DNA from: Acidimicrobiia bacterium
GTDB lineage: Bacteria > Actinomycetota > Acidimicrobiia > Spongiisociales > Spongiisociaceae
Assembly (NCBI GenBank): GCA_041576165.1
Contig: JBFGLM010000022.1
Location: forward strand, 14,528 to 78,527
DNA: 64,000 bases
Reading direction: 5' to 3'
Below are positions 1 to 9,822 of the stretch, piece by piece. Within the stretch, counting starts at the first letter, position 1; every line of letters begins with the position of its first letter. The notes beneath the pieces were generated by a model that was given only the letters and a program-made list of their open reading frames with translations, did no database searches and had not been told where the DNA came from. Both the position numbers and the translations under genes were made by a program.

Positions 1-224
1 GGGACCACGACGTTGACAATCGTCGGTGGGGCCGGCAGCGCAGACAGGTTGGGGTACGTCCGGTGGCCATGGACCTCGGTGCGGTTGGGGTTGACCGGAT
101 AGACGGTGTAGCCCTTGCGGGTGAGATCCCGGAAGATCACCGATCCGTACTTGCGCGGATTCTCGGTCGCGCCAACAAGAGCAACGGTTGTATCCGGCTT
201 GGTGAGTAGTTCTCGAAGGTTCAT
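1..224 (-). CDS. CoA-binding protein (YccU-like), 3' end outside the window
   Basis: Hand translation MNLRELLTKPDTTVALVGATENPRKYGSVIFRDLTRKGYTVYPVNPN shows the VGA...K.G...L...GY.VYPVNP pattern. ATGA overlap with the aminotransferase stop codon. Confidence 0.85.
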   Translation of the reverse strand, partial: MNLRELLTKPDTTVALVGATENPRKYGSVIFRDLTRKGYTVYPVNPNRTEVHGHRTYPNLSALPAPPTIVNVVV

Positions 225-1399
225 TCTCGTTCCAACCTTCCCGGTACCGAATAGCTTCCGGTGCACCATGCCTCGACCCGGGCCATCGCCTCGGTCACCT
301 CGGCTGTTGACTCGGAGTACGAGAACCGAACGTAGCGGTGACCCCGCGGTGGATCGAAGTCGATCCCCGGTGTCACCGCCACTCCCAACTCTCGCAACCA
401 GGTGGCGCAGAGGTTCTGGCTGTCGTCCGTCAGGTGGGCAACGTTCGCATAGACGTAGAAGGCTCCGTCCGACGGCGCGAGCTCAGCGAATCCGGCTCGC
501 TGGAGCGAGCCCACCACGATGTCCCGATTCGTCCGATAGCGCGCCACGTTTTGATCCAGCTCCTCGGTGCAATCAAACGCGGCAACCGCTGCCAGCTGGG
601 ACAGCGTGGGCGGCGAGATGAACAGGTTCTGCGCCAGCCGTTCGATCGGGTCGACGAGATTGTCGGGGGCGATGAGCCATCCGAGCCGCCAACCGGTCAT
701 TGAGTAGTACTTGGAGAAGCTCTGGAGGACAATTGCGTCCGAGGAGCAAGAGGCGGCCGATGCGGGGGGCCTGTCGTAGTCGATACCCTGGTAGATCTCG
801 TCCGAGATGAGCCGGATATCGCTGCGATCGCAGTAGTTGATGAGGCTGCTCATCTCTTCGGGCCCATAGGCGGTACCGGTCGGGTTGGCGGGGGAGCCGA
901 TCACCACCCCGACTACCTCACCCACCTCCTCCAACAGCGCGGGGGTGATCGAGAAACGGGTTTCTGGACCCAGCGGTACGGCCACCACGTCTACCCCGAA
1001 TGCCTCGAGCATGTTGCGATAACAGGGATATCCCGGTTCAGCCACGACCACTCGGTCTCCGGGGTCGAACGCCGCGAGGAATGACAAGACACAGCCGCCG
1101 GAGGCCCCGACCGTGACGATGACCCGTGCCGGGTCCACGGTCGTGTCATGGCGTTCAGCGTAGAAGCGGGCGATCCGCTCCTTCAGCTCGGCGATGCCGG
1201 TGGCGGCGGTGTAACCGAGCCGATCCCGATCCAGCGCAGCTCGGGCCGCCGCAATGACGCCGGCCGGCGCAGATGTCGAGGGCTGACCGACTTCCATGTG
1301 CAGGACCTCACCGCCCGCCCGCTCGCGTCGCTCAGCTGCCTTCATGACCTCCATCACATAGAACGGGGAGATCGCAGAGCGCCGGGCTGGGCCGCTCAC
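221..1399 (-). CDS. PLP-dependent aminotransferase class I/II (aspartate aminotransferase-like)
   Basis: SPANPTG, ISDEIYQG and SFSKYYSMTGWRLGW motifs. Confidence 0.92.
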   Translation of the reverse strand: MSGPARRSAISPFYVMEVMKAAERRERAGGEVLHMEVGQPSTSAPAGVIAAARAALDRDRLGYTAATGIAELKERIARFYAERHDTTVDPARVIVTVGASGGCVLSFLAAFDPGDRVVVAEPGYPCYRNMLEAFGVDVVAVPLGPETRFSITPALLEEVGEVVGVVIGSPANPTGTAYGPEEMSSLINYCDRSDIRLISDEIYQGIDYDRPPASAASCSSDAIVLQSFSKYYSMTGWRLGWLIAPDNLVDPIERLAQNLFISPPTLSQLAAVAAFDCTEELDQNVARYRTNRDIVVGSLQRAGFAELAPSDGAFYVYANVAHLTDDSQNLCATWLRELGVAVTPGIDFDPPRGHRYVRFSYSESTAEVTEAMARVEAWCTGSYSVPGRLERE

Positions 1400-2277
1400 G
1401 GCTCACCCGCGTCGTAGTTCAGGAGTCGGGCGCCGTTCTCGAAACAAACCTGACGCATCCAGTCATCACCGAAGCCGAGCCGCTGCAAAACCTCGATCTG
1501 GTGGGCATAGCGATGGGGCATGTTGGGGAAGTCGGTCCCAAGCACGACCCGGTCGGGATGGCGGCCGATCGCGGTGACGACCTCAGGTGGCACCGTGGCG
1601 TCACGTTGAAACAGGTCGGTGAACGCCATGGTGGTGTCCCAGTGCACGTTGGGGTAGCGGATCCCCAGCTCCCACAGTGGGATATAGTCGCGTCCGCCGA
1701 GATGCGCGATGACCAGGCACAGCTCGGGGTGTGCCTCGAGAACGTGGCGCAACCGATCGGCCCCCGTCCACGGCGTCGCCGTCGGGAATGCACCGGCGTG
1801 GATGACAACGGGCACCCGTGCGTCCTCCAGCTGGCGCCACACGTCGCGAAGGTTCGTATGCCAGGGGTCGTAATTGCCTACAACCAGATGCACCTTGAAT
1901 ACCTCGGCACCGTTCTCGAGTGCCTCTGCGACATAGCTGGTTGCGTCATCGTCCGGGTAGAACGTGGCCGACTGGGCGCATTGGGGATGCTGGCGGGCGA
2001 ACTGGACGTTCCAGTCGTTCAACCACGCCGCCATGCCCGGCCGGTGCGCGTAGTTCAGGGCGGTGAAGCGAAGGACACCCAGCTTCTCGAGTACCAGCAC
2101 GCGTTCAGTCTCACTAGTCCGGTACTCGATCGGCCAGCGATGGCCTGTTCCCGCCCCGTCGAAATAGGCCCATACCTTGCGGAGCACACGATCCGGCATG
2201 AAGTGTGTGTGGATGTCTACGAAACCGGGGATACCGAGCGTGTGTGCCAGCGCCGGTAGGTCGTCGTCCGTGAGCAT
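1396..2277 (-). CDS. Amidohydrolase family 2 protein
   Basis: DIHTHF, VVIHAG, IAHLG and LGTDFP metal-binding motifs. Start trimmed to MLTDDD. Confidence 0.85.
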   Translation of the reverse strand: MLTDDDLPALAHTLGIPGFVDIHTHFMPDRVLRKVWAYFDGAGTGHRWPIEYRTSETERVLVLEKLGVLRFTALNYAHRPGMAAWLNDWNVQFARQHPQCAQSATFYPDDDATSYVAEALENGAEVFKVHLVVGNYDPWHTNLRDVWRQLEDARVPVVIHAGAFPTATPWTGADRLRHVLEAHPELCLVIAHLGGRDYIPLWELGIRYPNVHWDTTMAFTDLFQRDATVPPEVVTAIGRHPDRVVLGTDFPNMPHRYAHQIEVLQRLGFGDDWMRQVCFENGARLLNYDAGEP

Positions 2278-2397
2278 TCCGCTATTCAAGCCGCAACGTC
2301 GGGCCTGGGCGCCTCCGAGTCTGGTGGGTCGTCGCCGGGAACCTCGCTGCGCACAGCGATGTATGCATGGCAACAGGGTCATGAAAGGACCGACGCT

Positions 2398-2901
2398 GTG
2401 AAACTGGTCGCATTGGCTTGTGTGCTGAGTTTGGCCGTCTGGGCGTGTGGTACCGGGGCGGATGCCGCCACGGCGCCGTTCCAGTGCGAAGTCACGGTGC
2501 CCGACACCGGGTTCATCCCGCCTGGTAAGCACCCAGGCTCCGTCCCTGATCGATACGGGTCAGCGTGGTACGGCACACCCGATTTGTGGACGACGCTGGC
2601 ACTGGGCGGAGAGCGCTGGTACGACCTTCCGGTGCACGACGACAGGCTGGGCCAGAAGCTCTTCTTCTTCAGTCAGGCGTACTTGCCCGAGCAGGAGCCG
2701 ATGCCCGACATCATCGTCCGCGCCAAACGCCTCGACGGTCCCGGCGAGGCGACATCGGCCATGCCGGCCACGAACGGCTCACACCCGGACTTGGGCTCAT
2801 TCGCGGTGACCGGCATCGAACTTCCATCCGCCGGCTGCTGGCAACTGACCGCCTCTTACCGGGGCGCCCAGCTGACCTACGTCGTGGACGTATCGGCCTG
2901 A
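2398..2901 (+). CDS. Hypothetical secreted protein or lipoprotein
   Basis: GAAAGGA SD then GTG. Signal peptide with VWA-C lipobox-like site. C-terminal GIELPSAGCWQLTA motif. Confidence 0.65.
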   Translation: MKLVALACVLSLAVWACGTGADAATAPFQCEVTVPDTGFIPPGKHPGSVPDRYGSAWYGTPDLWTTLALGGERWYDLPVHDDRLGQKLFFFSQAYLPEQEPMPDIIVRAKRLDGPGEATSAMPATNGSHPDLGSFAVTGIELPSAGCWQLTASYRGAQLTYVVDVSA

Positions 2902-3022
2902 CCGGCGCCGGCTCTGTTCCTCCCCCAAAGAGCCGAACCCGGAGGGGGAGCGCGGCCCGATGAGCGGGCGTGTTCGGGCCCACCCGAGGATTTCTTCGCA
3001 ATCCCGGTTCAGGGGTGTAGAA

Positions 3023-3559
3023 ATGTCGTGCCGGGCCGGTACGATCGGTGAGCGCACGGTCGACTCGCTGAGCAGGAACTGGTCGCCCTCTCGAGGGCCT
3101 GGTGAGCCAGGCCCGGGCCCGCCCAATCAGGCTGCTCGAAGACCTGGACCGGGCGCAGGTGGCCACTGGGGATGGGTGCCGCAGCCTCCAGGAATGGGTG
3201 GCGGGACGCCTCGACGTCGCCCCCGCCACCGCCCAGGAGCTGGTGGGCCTGTCGCGCACCGCCCCCGCCCTGGTCACCGACAGGCTGGAAACAGGCGCCA
3301 TGAGCGTTGATCGGGCGGTCGTCACCAGCCGGCTGGCATCCAGGCGTCGGATGGGTCCTAGCCGGGATCGAACAGCCAGACATATCACCCCCCGATCACA
3401 GGGCGGCAGCCACCACCCGACAATCTCACCACCCTCTGCTGGTACCACCATCACATCGTCATCCACGGCCACGGCTATCAGATCGACCCCCACTCACCAC
3501 CCGGCCGGCGCCGCTTCCTCAACCCGACCACCGCCACCGCCGGCCCCGGCCCACCCTGA
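3023..3559 (+). pseudogene. DUF222/HNH endonuclease relic (frameshifted, large internal deletion)
   Basis: DUF222-like N-terminus (LDRAQVATGDGCRSLQEWVAGRLDVAPATA) joined directly to an HNH C-terminus (HITPRSQGGSHHP / DNLTTLCWYHHHIVIHGHGYQIDP) across frameshifts. Confidence 0.8.
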
Positions 3560-3726
3560 CCAGGCAGCTCCACCCCGACCAGCCACAAACCAACCGACCA
3601 GCCCCAACCCAACCCCCACCGCCCAACCCGCCACCAACGGGACATCGGCGCGTCCCATCCCTCGGTCAATGCAGGCTGGATCGCCGATCGGCCAAGCGAA
3701 CTCAGATCCGGCCGGATCTGATCGCG

Positions 3727-4365
3727 TCAGACCGTGCTGTACGAGACCTGGCAGAAGCCGTGATTGCAGTACCCGCCCGGATTCTTGGCGAGGTATTGCT
3801 GGTGGTAATCCTCTGCGTAGTAGAACTCGGGCGCCGGCAGGATCTCGGTCCTGATCGACCCAAAACCGGCCTCGGTCAGCGACTGCTGATAGCGATCCTG
3901 CGACCGCTTGGCCGCCTCGTGCTGCTCGTCGCTGAAGTAGTAGATCCCCGAGCGATATTGGGTCCCGACGTCGTTGCCTTGCCGGTTGAGCGTGGTCGGA
4001 TCATGCTGCTCCCAGAACTGTCCGAGCAGCGTGTCGTAATCAACCTTGGCGGGGTCGTAGATGACGAACGCCACCTCATTGTGGCCGGTCCGCCCGGTGC
4101 AAACCTCCTGGTAGGTGGGGTTGGGCGTGACGCCGCCGGCATACCCCACGGCGGTGGAATACACACCGGGGATCTGCCAGAAGATCCGCTCTGCGCCCCA
4201 GAAACATCCCATGCCGAACAGCGCCTGCTCCACGCCCTCCGGCCACGGCCCCTGCAGCGGCGTACCGAGCACATAGTGCTTTTCGGGCACCTCAACCGGG
4301 GTAGATCGACCGGGAAGCGCCTCGGGCGCAGTTGGCATTTCCATCTTCTTACGTCCGAAGACCAT
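3727..4365 (-). CDS. msrA: Peptide-methionine (S)-S-oxide reductase
   Basis: [44 protein letters not shown] before MVFGRKK. Confidence 0.97.
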   Translation of the reverse strand: MVFGRKKMEMPTAPEALPGRSTPVEVPEKHYVLGTPLQGPWPEGVEQALFGMGCFWGAERIFWQIPGVYSTAVGYAGGVTPNPTYQEVCTGRTGHNEVAFVIYDPAKVDYDTLLGQFWEQHDPTTLNRQGNDVGTQYRSGIYYFSDEQHEAAKRSQDRYQQSLTEAGFGSIRTEILPAPEFYYAEDYHQQYLAKNPGGYCNHGFCQVSYSTV

Positions 4366-4412
4366 GCTGAGCTCCTTGATTGCCCGATCACTGGGCCATG
4401 TACTCAGCCAGT

Positions 4413-4438
4413 AACCGGCGAGACGACCACGATGTTCC
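4413..4438 (-). promoter_or_regulatory. SigH/SigR-type promoter of msrA
   Basis: GGAAC-N18-GTT on the minus strand, about 50 nt upstream of msrA. Confidence 0.7.
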
Positions 4439-4599
4439 GCCCGGATCAGCGTATTCGTTTTCCGTAATATCTGGCGCCCAGAGGTGGTCGCTTCGGCCCG
4501 GCGAGAGAGGTCTGCGCAACCCGTCCGGGCCGCAACGGTCACAGACTCCAACGGCGGCGTTGTCCGCATATGCTGATGCATGACATCGAGGAAGGCCAC

Positions 4600-5010
4600 A
4601 TGTCCGGCGACTTCCCAACCGCCGAGATGGCGCTGACACACATTCTGGTGATTTCCGATCTCGACCGATCGCGCCGGTGGTACCGCGACGTCCTGGGCGC
4701 AGAGCTCTACGCACAGTATGGCGGCACGTCGATTGTGTTCTCGTTCAACGGCGCGTGGCTGTTGATCGTGACGGGCGCCGGGCCGACGGAAGACAAGCCG
4801 GACGTGACGTTCGCTGCTCCCGACGACCCCGACACTGTGGCCCACTCGGTCACGATCCGCGTACGTGATTGTGCCGCTGCGTATACGACGCTTCGGGACC
4901 GTGGCGCCAAGTTCTTGACGCCGCCGCATGACTGGGGAAGCGAGATACGGTGCTTCTTTCGCGACCCCGATGGTCATCTGTTCGAAATCAGCGAAACCAA
5001 GGGCAGATGA
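4600..5010 (+). CDS. VOC/glyoxalase family protein
   Basis: [20 protein letters not shown] ... [12 protein letters not shown]. Confidence 0.9.
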   Translation: MSGDFPTAEMALTHILVISDLDRSRRWYRDVLGAELYAQYGGTSIVFSFNGAWLLIVTGAGPTEDKPDVTFAAPDDPDTVAHSVTIRVRDCAAAYTTLRDRGAKFLTPPHDWGSEIRCFFRDPDGHLFEISETKGR

Positions 5011-5351
5011 GACGCAAGAACAAGGCCGAACCGAGATTCTTCCACTTCCGGGTGTTCACCTTTGGGAGCGATGAAGAGCTGATCGACTCGTTCGGCTCGC
5101 TCGAGCGTGCTGAGGAGGAATGGAACGCGGTCAGGGACCAGTTCCTCCAGCGATGGCACCTGTGGGGCATGCCGCAGGCTTGGTGGCGATTCGAACCTCA
5201 CGTCCCCGATAATCTGCGGACTGGACCGCACCTGATCATCACGGAGGCCGACGCCGACGAATGGCGAGCGATCGATCAGGCCCGCAGACGATACCTGGTC
5301 GAGCTGGGCATCGATCCGGTACCCGAGATCGGAAGGTTTGGCGCCCGCTGA
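5007..5351 (+). CDS. Hypothetical protein
   Basis: ATGA-coupled to the VOC gene, typical codon usage, Trp-rich ([11 protein letters not shown]). Confidence 0.65.
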   Translation: MRRKNKAEPRFFHFRVFTFGSDEELIDSFGSLERAEEEWNAVRDQFLQRWHLWGMPQAWWRFEPHVPDNLRTGPHLIITEADADEWRAIDQARRRYLVELGIDPVPEIGRFGAR

Positions 5352-5419
5352 TCCGGTGCGCCGACTGCACAACTGGTGCCTGAATACCCGGGTACGCTCC
5401 CGGCATTTGAGGAGGAAGC

Positions 5420-6139
5420 ATGACGGACTTGAACGGAAAAGTTGTCGCGATCACAGGTGCCACCTCCGGCATCGGCCGGGCCACCGGGCGGGCCCTGGTC
5501 GAGGCTGGCGCCCGTGTGGCGCTGGGGGGGCGCCGGACAGAGCGACTGAAGGAGCTCGAGGCCGAGTTGGGCGAATCGGCCGTCGGAGTCGAGATGGATG
5601 TGCGGTTGCCTGATGATTCACAGCGCCTGATCCAGACGGCGATCGACCAGTTGGGAGGGTTGCACGCCGTTGTACCCAACGCCGGAATCGGTGTCTACGG
5701 CGGCATCATGGACCGCACAGACGATGAGCTGGCCACGATGATGGACACGAACATCGCCGGGACCGTGTGGCCGATCCGGGCGGCGGTGCCGCATTTTCGT
5801 GCGTCCGGCGGCGGTGACATCGTGATTGTTGCCTCGGTCGCCGGGTTGCGCGGCGCCGGTGACGAGGCGGTATATGCCGCCACGAAATTCGCACAGGTTG
5901 GACTCGCCGGCGGGCTCGATCGCGAGTTGCACGGCGAGAATATCCGCACAACGGTTATCGCGCCGGGTGGTGTTGCCACCGAATTCGCAATGGGTGCCGG
6001 CCGTACGCCCGACATGCCCGGCTTGGCCGACATGCTGCGGCCAGAAGATGTTGCGGCGGCGATCGTCACGGTCCTGCGACAGCCTGGCCACATGCGGAGT
6101 CTGGTCTGGTCCATGCGCCATATGACAGAGGACGACTGA
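5420..6139 (+). CDS. Short-chain dehydrogenase/reductase
   Basis: TGATSGIG, NAG, YAATK. GAGGAGG SD. Confidence 0.93.
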   Translation: MTDLNGKVVAITGATSGIGRATGRALVEAGARVALGGRRTERLKELEAELGESAVGVEMDVRLPDDSQRLIQTAIDQLGGLHAVVPNAGIGVYGGIMDRTDDELATMMDTNIAGTVWPIRAAVPHFRASGGGDIVIVASVAGLRGAGDEAVYAATKFAQVGLAGGLDRELHGENIRTTVIAPGGVATEFAMGAGRTPDMPGLADMLRPEDVAAAIVTVLRQPGHMRSLVWSMRHMTEDD

Positions 6140-6194
6140 GCCGTCCCGACCTACATCGAACCAGACATTGGCTTGGCAATCGGCGCCGGGCCAG

Positions 6195-6806
6195 TCAGAG
6201 GACAGCGTGCTGGCGGATCCAGGTATGCATGGCGATCCCCGAGGCCACCCCTGCGTTGATCGACCTGGTCGAGCCGAACTGGGTGATGTGCAGCACCTGG
6301 CCGGCGACCCCTCGCATCTCCTCCGACAGACCGGGTCCTTCTTGTCCGAACACCAGCACGCAGCGATATGGGAGCTCGACCTTCTCGATCGGCAGGGACC
6401 CGGGCATCAAGTCCACTCCGATGATCGGTAGTTGATCCCCGGCAGCCCAATCTCTGAATGACGCGACGTCCGGATGATGGTGGATGTGCTGATAGCGGTC
6501 CGTGACCATCGCGCCCCGCCGGTTCCAACGCTTCCTACCGATGATGTGCACGGCCGCAGCTAGGAACGCGTTGGCGGTGCGAACCACAGTTCCGATGTTG
6601 AAGTCGTACTGCCAGTTTTCGATCCCGACATGAAACGGGTGACGGCGGGTGTCGAGGTCTTCGACAATCGCCTCTCGCTTCCAGTACCGGTATTTGTCCA
6701 CGACGTTGCGCCGGTCACCCTCTGCCAGTAACTCTGGGTCAAGGCGCGCGTCGTCTGGCCATGGTTCGGGATGCGGTCCGACACCAACGTCCGGCTGTTC
6801 GGCCAT
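6195..6806 (-). CDS. TrmH/SpoU family RNA methyltransferase
   Basis: NIGTVVRTANAF, VFGQEGPGLS, TRSINAGVA. Leaderless start (TACAGT-N6-ATG). Confidence 0.9.
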   Translation of the reverse strand: MAEQPDVGVGPHPEPWPDDARLDPELLAEGDRRNVVDKYRYWKREAIVEDLDTRRHPFHVGIENWQYDFNIGTVVRTANAFLAAAVHIIGRKRWNRRGAMVTDRYQHIHHHPDVASFRDWAAGDQLPIIGVDLMPGSLPIEKVELPYRCVLVFGQEGPGLSEEMRGVAGQVLHITQFGSTRSINAGVASGIAMHTWIRQHAVL

Positions 6807-6864
6807 GGGGGGACTGTATCCCACTACGCTGCGCGTCCGGTCCGGCCAGCAATCGGAGGCACCA

Positions 6865-7719
6865 GTGAAGATCGGCGCCATGCTGTTTCCCACCGACAAG
6901 TCGATCCAGCCGATCGAGTTTGGGGAAGCACTCGAAGAAAGAGGTTTCCATTCGGTGTGGTTCCCCGAACACAGCCATATCCCGACAAGCAGAGAGACGC
7001 CGTGGGGTGGCCGCGAGAACGCGCCGCCGCTCCCGGAATGGTACTGGCGTACCCATGATCAGCTCATCGCACTCACCGCAGTCGCCGTGCGGACCGAACG
7101 CTTGAAGGTGGCAACCGGCATCAGCCTCGTCGCCCAACATGACCCCATTTGGCACGCGAAACAGATTGCGTCACTGGACGTGATCTCCAATGGCCGGTTC
7201 ATCCTCGGCGTGGGGTACGGCTGGAACAAAGAGGAAATGGAACAACACGGTGTTGCGTACCGTACGCGGCGTCACCTCGTCCACGAAAAGCTGCGGGCGA
7301 TGCGAGCCCTCTGGACTGAGGAAGTCGCGGCATTCGAAGGCGACATGGTCCGAATCCAGCCTTCCTGGACCTGGCCCAAGCCGGTTCAGAAGCCGCACCC
7401 ACCGATTGTCATGGGCGGGGGGCCGGGGCCCAGGATGTTCGCCGCGATCGCCGAATTCGCCCACGGCTGGTCGCCGCTCGGGCGCGTCCAGAACTTGAAG
7501 GACCACGTGGCGGAGATGCGAGAAGCGGTGGCGGCCGCCGGTCGCGACCCGGACGAGATCGAGGTTTCGATCTTCCAAGCCCGGCCCAAGCCGGAGAAGA
7601 TCGAAGAGTGGGTCGCGGCCGGAGTCGAACTCCTGATCATGGACGTCCCTTCGGCCCCGGCCGATGAAGTGCTCCCGGTCCTCGACAGCTATGCACCGCT
7701 CATCAGGGACCTCGCATGA
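6865..7719 (+). CDS. LLM-class F420-dependent oxidoreductase (Rv2161c-like)
   Basis: WFPEHSHIP, AKQIASLDVISNGRFILGVGYGWNKEE, PKPVQKPHPPI. Confidence 0.9.
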   Translation: MKIGAMLFPTDKSIQPIEFGEALEERGFHSVWFPEHSHIPTSRETPWGGRENAPPLPEWYWRTHDQLIALTAVAVRTERLKVATGISLVAQHDPIWHAKQIASLDVISNGRFILGVGYGWNKEEMEQHGVAYRTRRHLVHEKLRAMRALWTEEVAAFEGDMVRIQPSWTWPKPVQKPHPPIVMGGGPGPRMFAAIAEFAHGWSPLGRVQNLKDHVAEMREAVAAAGRDPDEIEVSIFQARPKPEKIEEWVAAGVELLIMDVPSAPADEVLPVLDSYAPLIRDLA

Positions 7720-8795
7720 TTGGGATCCGGTTCCGGGACGCCGCCGGGACCGAACATGCCCTCGCCGTCGACGGTACCCAGTTTGATCACGCCCTGGCAG
7801 GAGTTGAGGACTGGATCGATCTGCGCCATCTCTGGTCGGTCCCGGGGCTGGCGGACTGTCATGCTCACCTGGCTGCCGGTGGCATTGAGGAGATGGTTGA
7901 CGGGGTTCCGGACGAGGACGAACGAATTGCGCAGAGTGTCCGCTCCCAACTGGATGGCGGTGTACTTCTGGTCGCCGACAAGGGCTCGAGATCAGACGAC
8001 AACCTCCAGGTCCTGGACTGGCCCGGCGACCGGCGCCCGGAGATGCACATGGCGGGCCGGATCCTGGCACCAGCCGACGGGTATTACCCGGAGTTCGAGA
8101 TCGACGTTTCCGCCAGCGACCTGCCCGCGGCAGTCGAGTCCGCGTGTGCCACCGCCGCCTCATGGGTGAAGCTGATCGGCGACTGGCCGAGGAAGGGTGT
8201 CGGCGCAATACCCAACTATGCAGGGGATGAGCTGGCGTCGGCCGTAGAGGTTGCGCACCGGCACGGACGTCGGGTGGCGATCCACACTACGGCGCCGGAC
8301 ACCCCCTCATTGGCCGTTGCGGCCGGAGTTGACTCGATCGAACACGGGCTGTACCTCACGGCCGAGGACTTGCGAATGCTGGGAGGTCGGGGTGGCGCAT
8401 GGGTGCCGACGGTGGCAGCGATGGAAGCAATCCGTGAGATGCTCGGCCCTGACTCGACCGGAGGAAAGCTCTTCAGCCACGGCTTGGACAACATTCGGCG
8501 CCTCCTACCGGAAGCAGCCGGTGCTGGTGTCCAGGTGCTGGCCGGTACCGATCTGCATCTCGAACACGGGCGGGTGGCCGAGGAGGCGGTCGCGCTATGC
8601 CGCTACGGCCTCACTGGGGCGGAGGCGCTGGCTGCGGTAACAACCAATGCGTACGACTATCTCGACTCAAGCCGCGGGTTTGCCTCGGGCCTGATCGCGG
8701 ATCTCGTGGCATTCGACGCCAATCCCTGTGACGATATCGCGGCCTTGTCCACGCCGCAGGTGATCATGCGGGCCGGCCGGATGGTTCGATCGTGA
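7716..8795 (+). CDS. Metal-dependent amidohydrolase
   Basis: PGLADCHAHL, VAIH, SIEHG, AGTD. Confidence 0.85.
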   Translation: MIGIRFRDAAGTEHALAVDGTQFDHALAGVEDWIDLRHLWSVPGLADCHAHLAAGGIEEMVDGVPDEDERIAQSVRSQLDGGVLLVADKGSRSDDNLQVLDWPGDRRPEMHMAGRILAPADGYYPEFEIDVSASDLPAAVESACATAASWVKLIGDWPRKGVGAIPNYAGDELASAVEVAHRHGRRVAIHTTAPDTPSLAVAAGVDSIEHGLYLTAEDLRMLGGRGGAWVPTVAAMEAIREMLGPDSTGGKLFSHGLDNIRRLLPEAAGAGVQVLAGTDLHLEHGRVAEEAVALCRYGLTGAEALAAVTTNAYDYLDSSRGFASGLIADLVAFDANPCDDIAALSTPQVIMRAGRMVRS

Positions 8796-9364
8796 AGCTC
8801 GTACTCGGCTCGGGCTCGCCTCGCCGGGCCCGCCTCCTGGCAGAAGCCGGCTATCAATTCGAAATCGCGCCGGCTGGCGTCGATGAGGCGGCCGCACCCG
8901 GCGAAACGGCAGCGGACATGGTGGTTCGGCTGGCCAAGGCCAAAGCTGACGCGGTGGTTCCGCGTCACCCGGATTCGGTCGTCCTGACTGCCGACACCGT
9001 GGTGGTGCTCGACGGGCGGGTGCTGGGCAAGCCCACGGGCCCGAGCGAAGCGGCCCAGATGCTGCGTGATCTGTCCGGTCGGGAGCACCTCGTGCTAACC
9101 GGCTCCGTGGTCGCTCACCCCATCGGGTCTGAGGCCCAGGTGACCTCGACCCGAGTGGCGTTTCGCCGGCTGGATGCATCCACTATCGGCGACTACGTAG
9201 ATTCTGGCGAGCCGATGGACAAAGCTGGTGCCTACGCTATTCAGGGAGGGGCCGCAGCTTTCGTGGAGGCGATCAGCGGCCCATTCGACAATGTTGTCGG
9301 TTTGCCGATCGATACCATTCGTCCGGTACTTGCCGGGCTCGGCATCCAACCGAGGAGAAGGTGA
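8792..9364 (+). CDS. maf: Maf family nucleoside triphosphate pyrophosphatase
   Basis: LGSGSPRR, ADTVV, LGKP, DKAGAYAIQG, NVVGLP. Confidence 0.95.
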   Translation: MKLVLGSGSPRRARLLAEAGYQFEIAPAGVDEAAAPGETAADMVVRLAKAKADAVVPRHPDSVVLTADTVVVLDGRVLGKPTGPSEAAQMLRDLSGREHLVLTGSVVAHPIGSEAQVTSTRVAFRRLDASTIGDYVDSGEPMDKAGAYAIQGGAAAFVEAISGPFDNVVGLPIDTIRPVLAGLGIQPRRR

Positions 9365-9822
9365 TGGAGCGCACGCTGGAGGATCTCCGGGCCTTCGTAC
9401 GCGCCGACCATGGTCTGGCGACGGTGTCCTTCGCACGGCCGGACGGCTCGGTGCATTCCAGTGTTGTCAACGGCGGCGTGATGGACCATCCATTGACTGG
9501 GCGCCCCACCGTTGCGTTTGTGGTGCGCGGCCACACCGTCAAGCTCAAACATTGGCGACGCGACCCGAAGGCGACCATCGTGTTTCGATCCGGCTGGGCG
9601 TGGATCGGCGTGGAGGGGTCGCTCACGTTGATAGGACCGGACGATCCGGTCGAGGGGTTCGACCCGGCCGGGGTCCCACAGCTGCTGCGCGACGTATTCA
9701 CAGCCGCCGGCGGGACACACGAAGACTGGGACGAGTACGACCGGGTGATGGCTGAGGAGCGGCGAGCAGCCGCCCTCCTCGCACCGAACCGGATCCGTGG
9801 AGTGGGCCACCCGCCAGGGTGA
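9361..9822 (+). CDS. PPOX-class (probably F420-dependent) oxidoreductase
   Basis: Split-barrel pattern; VFTAAGGTHEDWDEYDRVMAEERR. Confidence 0.85.
   Translation: MMERTLEDLRAFVRADHGLATVSFARPDGSVHSSVVNGGVMDHPLTGRPTVAFVVRGHTVKLKHWRRDPKATIVFRSGWAWIGVEGSLTLIGPDDPVEGFDPAGVPQLLRDVFTAAGGTHEDWDEYDRVMAEERRAAALLAPNRIRGVGHPPG

Noticed and set aside
3540-3640. C/A-rich tract as a tandem repeat or proline-rich gene
   Set aside because: It has no fixed period and is best explained as the skewed tail of the DUF222 relic.
3727-4977. 416-aa extended MsrA and similar N-terminal extensions (1396-2532, 6649-7719, 42797-43621)
   Set aside because: The extensions overlap divergent or upstream genes. SD or promoter signals support the shorter starts.
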